A stretch of DNA of 64,000 nucleotides. Source: a virus (Duplodnaviria; Caudoviricetes). Of the stretch, positions 58,813 to 64,000 are shown piece by piece; position 1 is the stretch's first letter, and every line of letters begins with the position of its first letter. The notes beneath the pieces were generated by a model. That model was not told where the DNA came from and did no database searches. It saw nothing but the letters and a program-made list of their open reading frames with translations. The translations under genes were made by a program, and so were the position numbers. The stretch covers positions 26,712-90,711 of the IMG/VR virus record IMGVR_UViG_3300031998_000044, one strand, 5' to 3'.

Positions 58813-59108
58813 TTTCTAAACCATTTTTCATTTTGATAGATTATTTCAAGTACTTCTTCCTTATTCTTGCAATTTGTAGAAGCCTTTTTTAGACATTCGA
58901 TACCGTATGGATAAAGAGTAACGCCTGTATTAGCCTGATATTCAGTTATTGCTTCATTAAAATACTCATCGAATGTTTGTTTACTGCTATTACAAGTTAC
59001 GCAAAATATGGTAATAATAATAAAAAGTACAATTGGAATAGCCCAAAAGTAACCTTTAACTTGTTGATAGTTATATTTCCAAGTTCTCCATTTTATGATA
59101 GTATTCAT
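58809..59108 (-). CDS. Membrane protein / possible lipoprotein of the lysis module
   Basis: Hydrophobic FWAIPIVLFIIITIF followed by CVTC; directly downstream of the amidase. Confidence 0.45.
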   Translation of the reverse strand: MNTIIKWRTWKYNYQQVKGYFWAIPIVLFIIITIFCVTCNSSKQTFDEYFNEAITEYQANTGVTLYPYGIECLKKASTNCKNKEEVLEIIYQNEKWFRK

Positions 59109-59722
59109 AATTCGTTTCTAAATTTATCAAGATTAAACATTTTACCTGGGCAATCTGTTACATTGCCTTCCAATTCTTTGTGTCCTTTTACATTTTCAGT
59201 TGAAATATTGTATTTCTTTTGTAAGAGAACCGTAAGTGCTAATGCCGATTTCCATTGCTCTTTTGTTGGTTCTTTTTCATTAAAATTGCCCATCAAAAGT
59301 ATTGCTATTGCATTGTCGTTGTAATATAAAGAATGAGGACAATTCTCGTTGTCATTACGTAATTGATACACTTTGCCTTCCTTGTCAACCATATAGTGAT
59401 AGCCAAGGCTATGCCATTGGTGTTCTCGGAAGTGTACGTTGACCACGTCGTTTATAACTCCGTCGCCACCTGCGTGATGGATAACGATATACTCACAAGT
59501 GTGCTTACGAACATTGTTATTAGAAAACGCAGGTGTTAAATCTATAATATCAATATTTTTATGACTTTTATGGCAAAAACAAAACAAAGTAAGTCCAACT
59601 AACGCTATAAAGATAGCGATAGATTTCTTCTTGTTTTCTTCCATTAGATTTGCAATAGCAAATGGAAGATATACCCAAAGGAAAAATGCCGTTACAAATT
59701 TCTCAATTCTATTCATCATCAT
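59105..59722 (-). CDS. N-acetylmuramoyl-L-alanine amidase (Amidase_2) endolysin with N-terminal hydrophobic segments
   Basis: IVIHHAG, GYHYMVD..G, GHKE...CPG zinc-binding motifs; two hydrophobic helices in the first 50 aa. Confidence 0.85.
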   Translation of the reverse strand: MMMNRIEKFVTAFFLWVYLPFAIANLMEENKKKSIAIFIALVGLTLFCFCHKSHKNIDIIDLTPAFSNNNVRKHTCEYIVIHHAGGDGVINDVVNVHFREHQWHSLGYHYMVDKEGKVYQLRNDNENCPHSLYYNDNAIAILLMGNFNEKEPTKEQWKSALALTVLLQKKYNISTENVKGHKELEGNVTDCPGKMFNLDKFRNEL

Positions 59723-59731
59723 TTTATAAAT

Positions 59732-59805
59732 TGGTTATCCTACGAGGATTCGAACCTCAACTAACAGAACCAAAATCTGCTGTGCTGCCATTACACCATA
59801 GGACA
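59732..59805 (-). tRNA. tRNA-Gln(TTG)
   Basis: TGTCCTATGGTGTAATGGCAGCACAGCAGA-TTTTGGT-TCTGTTAGTTGAGGTTCGAATCCTCGTAGGATAACCA: full cloverleaf, anticodon TTG, encoded CCA. Confidence 0.92.
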
Positions 59806-59830
59806 TACGTAATCAGCTATGAACAAACAA

Positions 59831-60247
59831 TTATTTTTCTTTTTTCTTTTTATATACTTTTTCTGCTCCGTTTTCAATATATGTACACGATTCAATAATT
59901 TCTTTAATATCTGTATCAACTAAGCGTAAATATTCTTTGCCATCAATAGTAATTGTAGGTATTTGATAAGATACAACAGGATTATCTTTTATCGTAGTTT
60001 CAGCAAGAGACCCAGGCAAATGTTTAAGTTGTGCATACATATCAAATGATACAATAACAACATCTCCTACTTCACAGTTACGTACTGTATTGCCAATAGA
60101 TACAACACGCTGTACAGTTTGCAATTGACCTTCGAGTTCTTTAAGTTGCTGAACACCATGGATAATTGATGACTTTTCATTTCGGTCGGCAGTAGTAATA
60201 ACGCCGTTGAATGTTGGCTTAATCTCTTTGATTTCCTTTATTTTCAT
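59831..60247 (-). CDS. GroES/Cpn10-like co-chaperonin
   Basis: IKPTFNGVITT...QRVVSIGNTVRNCEVGDVVIV...IDGKEYLRLVDTDI. Confidence 0.65.
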   Translation of the reverse strand: MKIKEIKEIKPTFNGVITTADRNEKSSIIHGVQQLKELEGQLQTVQRVVSIGNTVRNCEVGDVVIVSFDMYAQLKHLPGSLAETTIKDNPVVSYQIPTITIDGKEYLRLVDTDIKEIIESCTYIENGAEKVYKKKKEK

Positions 60248-60434
60248 ATTTTACAAAATTTTTAATTTTACCTATATATGGCAATGATACACAAAAGTAT
60301 TTTTTGCCATCGCATTCTTCAATTTTTGTTTTTATTGTCTTGCAATAATTTGCAAATATTCTTTCTACCGTAGAAGGTCTAACTCCTAATTCTTTAGATA
60401 CGTCATTATATACTTTATTTAAAATGTTTTTCAT
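60219..60434 (-). CDS. HU/IHF-like small DNA-binding protein
   Basis: VYNDVSKELGVRPSTVERI...VSLPYIGKI. Confidence 0.55.
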   Translation of the reverse strand: MKNILNKVYNDVSKELGVRPSTVERIFANYCKTIKTKIEECDGKKYFCVSLPYIGKIKNFVKYENKGNQRD

Positions 60435-60921
60435 AGTGCGACGGTATTTTGTATTCTTTACCGAACTGTTCGTTCATTACTAATCTATACATAAAACAAT
60501 GCGGATAGAATAAATAACTTTTGGTTTTATTTTTTGATTTTCGTTTTAAATAAAATTTTAATATTGTATTTCCTGAATATTTCGGATTTTCATCAAACTC
60601 CGATTGATTATATTCATGAATTATCTGTTTTTCAAAATCTATTGAACGATAATCAGTTCCATCAGCATTTACTTGTGCAACTAAATTATGTTGATATGTC
60701 AAACATCCTAAGTATGGAATAGGAATATCATGTCCTTTGATAATTGCTTTTACGATTCCAATACATACTTTTCTGATAACTTCTCTTTCGTAAGAATCTT
60801 CAATAAATTCCGAATTTAATCGAATTGAAGGATATTTTGTTTTCCCTCTTGTCTGTACGAATTTTTTATATGTTTGGAAGTCTTGTCCTTCAGATGGAGG
60901 AGTTATTTTTTTAAATATCAT
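60415..60921 (-). CDS. HU/IHF-like protein (divergent)
   Basis: VIRKVCIGIVKAIIKGHDIPIPYLGCLTYQ resembles the HU helix-beta arm. Confidence 0.45.
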   Translation of the reverse strand: MIFKKITPPSEGQDFQTYKKFVQTRGKTKYPSIRLNSEFIEDSYEREVIRKVCIGIVKAIIKGHDIPIPYLGCLTYQHNLVAQVNADGTDYRSIDFEKQIIHEYNQSEFDENPKYSGNTILKFYLKRKSKNKTKSYLFYPHCFMYRLVMNEQFGKEYKIPSHYEKHFK

Positions 60922-61835
60922 TGTATATAAATTAATAAACCTAACATCGGTGTTGATGTCCCTGATATATATTCTGGAACAATCTTTGGATTTAATTTAT
61001 TATTAGATATGATTATATCATGGTTTCTCAATTTATTCAATAACACATCGAAATAATTATCCGATAAATTGGCTTCTTCTTTAATTATTTTTTTATATTT
61101 TGTTGAGAATAATATTGTATCAATGTCTTCACGATTTGTAACATTACCGTTTTTATCGGTAAAATGCTTTTCAATCTCTTTGTAATATTTGAGAAGAAGC
61201 CCTCCGAATTTGACTTCTCTATTGGTTAAATTAAATTGAGGTCCAATGTAAGTCAGCCAAATTTCGAATGGGTTATTATTCGATTTTATTAAAAAGGCTT
61301 TTGAATATTTTCTGTTGTCGTTACTCATTCTTTTTAGGCAATTTCATTAAGTTATAGATTTCTTCAACGCAATCAAAAACAAATGTTTCTCTTTCCTTGT
61401 CGTCTCCAATAAAATTGTCTTTGTCTGAGAAATAGTTTTTGTAATCAAGAACTTTAAACAGGTAGTTTAACCGAGCGAAAATTCTTTCATCCTGAAGCAT
61501 ACGAATGTCATTGTACATTTTCGATACCGTATCTTTTGCCTTTTCTAATGTTTCAGCCTGGTTTTTCGCAATTTCAATTAATTGTTCATTTGTCATTTCT
61601 TCCAAGACCTGTTGTTTTTCTACTTTCATCTCTGCCATTTTATTTATTTTTTATGAGGTTTAACAATTCTAAAATCATGTTTGGTTTCAAGGCACTTTTT
61701 CTCCCATTCTTCAAATGAAAGCCGTATAATATTTGTACCGTTACATTCACTACAATATGGAAGATTGCAGCCTATATCTTTTATTGCTAACGATAGACAA
61801 TCTTGGCAGCATTCTACATCTTCATCATCATTCAT
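60918..61835 (-). CDS. Three conserved crAss late-region genes (60918-61328, 61321-61638, 61644-61835 zinc finger)
   Basis: Co-oriented overlapping ORFs; CxxC...CxxC in the last. Confidence 0.55.
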
Positions 61836-61873
61836 TCCTTATTATTTTTATAATGAAACATTAATTTTGATTG

Positions 61874-61905
61874 CAAATATATATTACGAAAATTATAATT
61901 CCAAA
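61874..61905 (-). promoter_or_regulatory. Consensus Bacteroidota sigma-A promoter
   Basis: - strand TTTG (61905-61902), 20-nt spacer, TATATTTG (61881-61874), upstream of ATG 61835. Confidence 0.75.
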
Positions 61906-61933
61906 TCTTTTTTCAATTTTTTTTATAAAATTT

Positions 61934-62185
61934 TTAGCCTAAAATATTTTTTAGGTTCTCTAATTGCGAATAATACATAGTCGTATTATATCTTAATATA
62001 ACATCGTTGTTATAATCGATAAGCAATGTAGTTGGCACATCTGTAACATTATATCTCCTTGCAAGTTGCCTGTTCTTAAACAACTCACAAGGAATATAAT
62101 TAATGCCGTATTTTTGCAGTAATGCTTCTTGTTTTTGGCATTGAGAACAAGTTGATACCTTGAACAACAATATTTTCATTAGCAA
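61934..62185 (-). CDS. Thioredoxin/glutaredoxin-like protein
   Basis: FKVSTCSQC active-site CxxC; ARRYNVTDVPTT cis-Pro motif. Confidence 0.7.
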   Translation of the reverse strand: MLMKILLFKVSTCSQCQKQEALLQKYGINYIPCELFKNRQLARRYNVTDVPTTLLIDYNNDVILRYNTTMYYSQLENLKNILG

Positions 62186-63999
62186 TAATCTCTTTTTGTA
62201 CTTAATGCTTCATCAATATTATCTTGAATTAGATTTTCTTTGAACACTTTATCAATAGCATCTTTCAATTCATCTCCTGTAAGATTTTTTGTTCTTTCAA
62301 AAAGTGTTTTGAAGAAGTTAGGTTTATATTTCTGTTTAATCAATGAAAGCATCTGGAATATCTCTTTACCAAATTCATTACCGAAATTGTCGTTTATGTA
62401 CTTGATATTCGATTGCTGTACTCTTGAAAACTTATCCATATTGCCATCAAATTCACTAAGTTTTTCCATAGGAATATTCGATATAGCACCATCTAATAGA
62501 TTTGGCTTTATGGTTTTAAGTTTATTCAAAAACTTTTCTGAGCCGAATAATTCCTTTGCTTTCTTAGTATCTTTCGGATTCAATTGTCTTGCTTTCTTAT
62601 CTTCGATTTCAGCATCTATGTCGTCTTTTTTCTTCTGTGATGAGGTAATATCTTCGGTTATATCTTTGAAGTTGTTAGAAACGTCATAATAGCGTGTTCC
62701 GTAGATTTTATCATCGGTAGGATGAACAAGACATTCTTTACCGTCTATTACTTTAATGCTATCCTTACGATTAGTGTCAATTGCTATACCGTTCTTTAAT
62801 TTAGCATAGTTCATAATCAACAATCTTTTAGATGTCGAAGTATTGTTTCCAAATGCGTTTTTATTGAATGTATCTTCATCACGCATATACAAGTCTAACT
62901 TACCTTTATTATCCTCTGCAAGATAAATATCTTTACCGTCATACGTACAAACTTTTTCGGGATAAACTTTATTTAGTTCGTTCTCTTTAAGTTTGTACTG
63001 TTCAGGCATATCTTTGTCTGACTTCTTTTTCGTTCCTGTTGCATCAATCGGTTTAACCGTGTAATAAGCATTATGGAATTCTGTAGAAGTTAAGTTAGTT
63101 GTAAATATGTCAGATAATATATATTGTCCAAGTTGCTGTTTGTCTTTAAGAACTTCGCTATTTACATTGATAAGACATTCGCCAAAGACATTTCTAAATA
63201 CATCAACAAATTCTTCAAATGATTTAGGTCTTGGCTTTCTGCCATCAGCATTTTTGTATTTATTTCTTTTATCATTTAATGCTACAGAAATTGCTCCATC
63301 AGGTTCATATATTAAAAGCATTTCAGGTATATGTAATGCCTTATGCAATCTTGACATTATACCACCTTTTGTGCTTAATTGTGAATTCTTTGTAAATACA
63401 TCGATTCTTTGATTCGTATATAATGTATAAGCATCGTATAGTATTTCATTTAATGTTGTCGCAATAGGATTACTACTGTTAAAAATATCTTTCCATTGAG
63501 CGATGTTTAACGGTATCATCTGATGTTTGCCATCAGGTCGTTTGAACAACATTACGATTCTACCAGGTCTCTTAGAATTGATATTTCTGAAACCTTCAAT
63601 AATGCTTATATGACTGTCGTCTGCAACATAATTTTCAACAAGATTCAAACCGCCATCAAGATAACCGATACGTACGTTTTCAAGTTCACCATCTTTTATA
63701 GTTTGCTCAATTGATTTACCGTTATTCAGTGTAACTTCTTTTAGACTATGTCTATCTTCACTGAAAATTAATGAGCCATTAAGTATTTTTGATACGGTTG
63801 TAGTAACAGGATTACCATTAGGAGCAAGAATATGAAATGATTTTTCATCACCAATTTTAAATTGACCTGCTGCCTTAACCATTTTAATCTTTTCTTCTTT
63901 AAAATTGCTTCTGTTGCTTACATACATATCTTTCACTTGATTACTCAATTCTGCTGCGGTTGATGGGTCAAGTCTTGAAGATGTACGTAATGAACCAAT
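62179..63999 (-). CDS. C-terminal part of a large (probable cargo) protein, 5'-partial
   Basis: The frame stays open from TTG 63948 to the window edge (IGSLRTSSRLDPSTAAEL), so the ORF-track start is artefactual. Confidence 0.55.
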   Translation of the reverse strand: MGSLRTSSRLDPSTAAELSNQVKDMYVSNRSNFKEEKIKMVKAAGQFKIGDEKSFHILAPNGNPVTTTVSKILNGSLIFSEDRHSLKEVTLNNGKSIEQTIKDGELENVRIGYLDGGLNLVENYVADDSHISIIEGFRNINSKRPGRIVMLFKRPDGKHQMIPLNIAQWKDIFNSSNPIATTLNEILYDAYTLYTNQRIDVFTKNSQLSTKGGIMSRLHKALHIPEMLLIYEPDGAISVALNDKRNKYKNADGRKPRPKSFEEFVDVFRNVFGECLINVNSEVLKDKQQLGQYILSDIFTTNLTSTEFHNAYYTVKPIDATGTKKKSDKDMPEQYKLKENELNKVYPEKVCTYDGKDIYLAEDNKGKLDLYMRDEDTFNKNAFGNNTSTSKRLLIMNYAKLKNGIAIDTNRKDSIKVIDGKECLVHPTDDKIYGTRYYDVSNNFKDITEDITSSQKKKDDIDAEIEDKKARQLNPKDTKKAKELFGSEKFLNKLKTIKPNLLDGAISNIPMEKLSEFDGNMDKFSRVQQSNIKYINDNFGNEFGKEIFQMLSLIKQKYKPNFFKTLFERTKNLTGDELKDAIDKVFKENLIQDNIDEALSTKRDYC

Positions 64000-64000
64000 A

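Noticed and set aside
59700-59830. tRNA-associated HDV-like (theta) ribozyme
   Set aside because: The next gene starts ~10 nt after CCA; there is no room or GC-rich pseudoknot sequence.
61883-61899. Additional palindrome copy ATTACG-AAAAT-TATAAT inside the sigma-A promoter
   Set aside because: Four mismatches in very AT-rich DNA and off the 27-nt geometry; could be chance.
1223-63714. The many short opposite-strand or nested ORFs in the ORF track (e.g. 32903-33460, 37046-37597, 42611-43156, 51740-52093)
   Set aside because: They overlap well-supported genes, have shadow-frame composition and show no motifs.
27510-64000. Stop-codon reassignment (TAG/TGA read-through), known in some crAss-like phages
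   Set aside because: All large late genes are full length in the standard code, and the only tRNA has anticodon TTG (Gln), not CTA or TCA.
1-64000. CRISPR array, introns or inteins
   Set aside because: No regularly spaced repeat-spacer series was seen; TerL, DnaB, MCP, portal and RNAP are uninterrupted and of expected size.

Overview
A 64-kb, AT-rich segment of a crAss-like (Crassvirales) phage of a Bacteroidota host; ORFs run off both window edges. From 1 to ~27 kb the + strand carries many small early/accessory genes: DnaC-like ATPase, DnaB helicase, DUF3127 SSB, DUF932, DUF262, two stand-alone MutS domain-I proteins and several decaying paralogues. This block is interrupted by a - strand tyrosine integrase next to an attP-like site (3' half of tRNA-Pro(TGG) plus arm-type repeats) directly upstream of dnaB. 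From ~27.5 to 64 kb lies a rearranged crAss virion module: tail ring proteins, muzzle/tail-stabilisation protein, auxiliary and major capsid proteins, scaffold-like protein, large cargo proteins, a 2505-aa virion RNA polymerase (GSDFDVD), portal, terminase, amidase, GroES-like and HU-like proteins, ThyX, dUTPase and tRNA-Gln(TTG). The standard genetic code fits. Two signals stand out. (1) A palindrome CTTACA-N5-TGTAAG sits exactly 27 nt upstream of a Bacteroidota -7 element (TAnnTTTG or one-mismatch variant) at five intergenic sites on both strands, four of them in front of virion gene blocks, suggesting an activator-dependent promoter class. (2) An apparently complete integration module is present in a crAss-like genome that also encodes a virion RNAP. 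All family assignments come from motif recognition by eye; no database searches were run.
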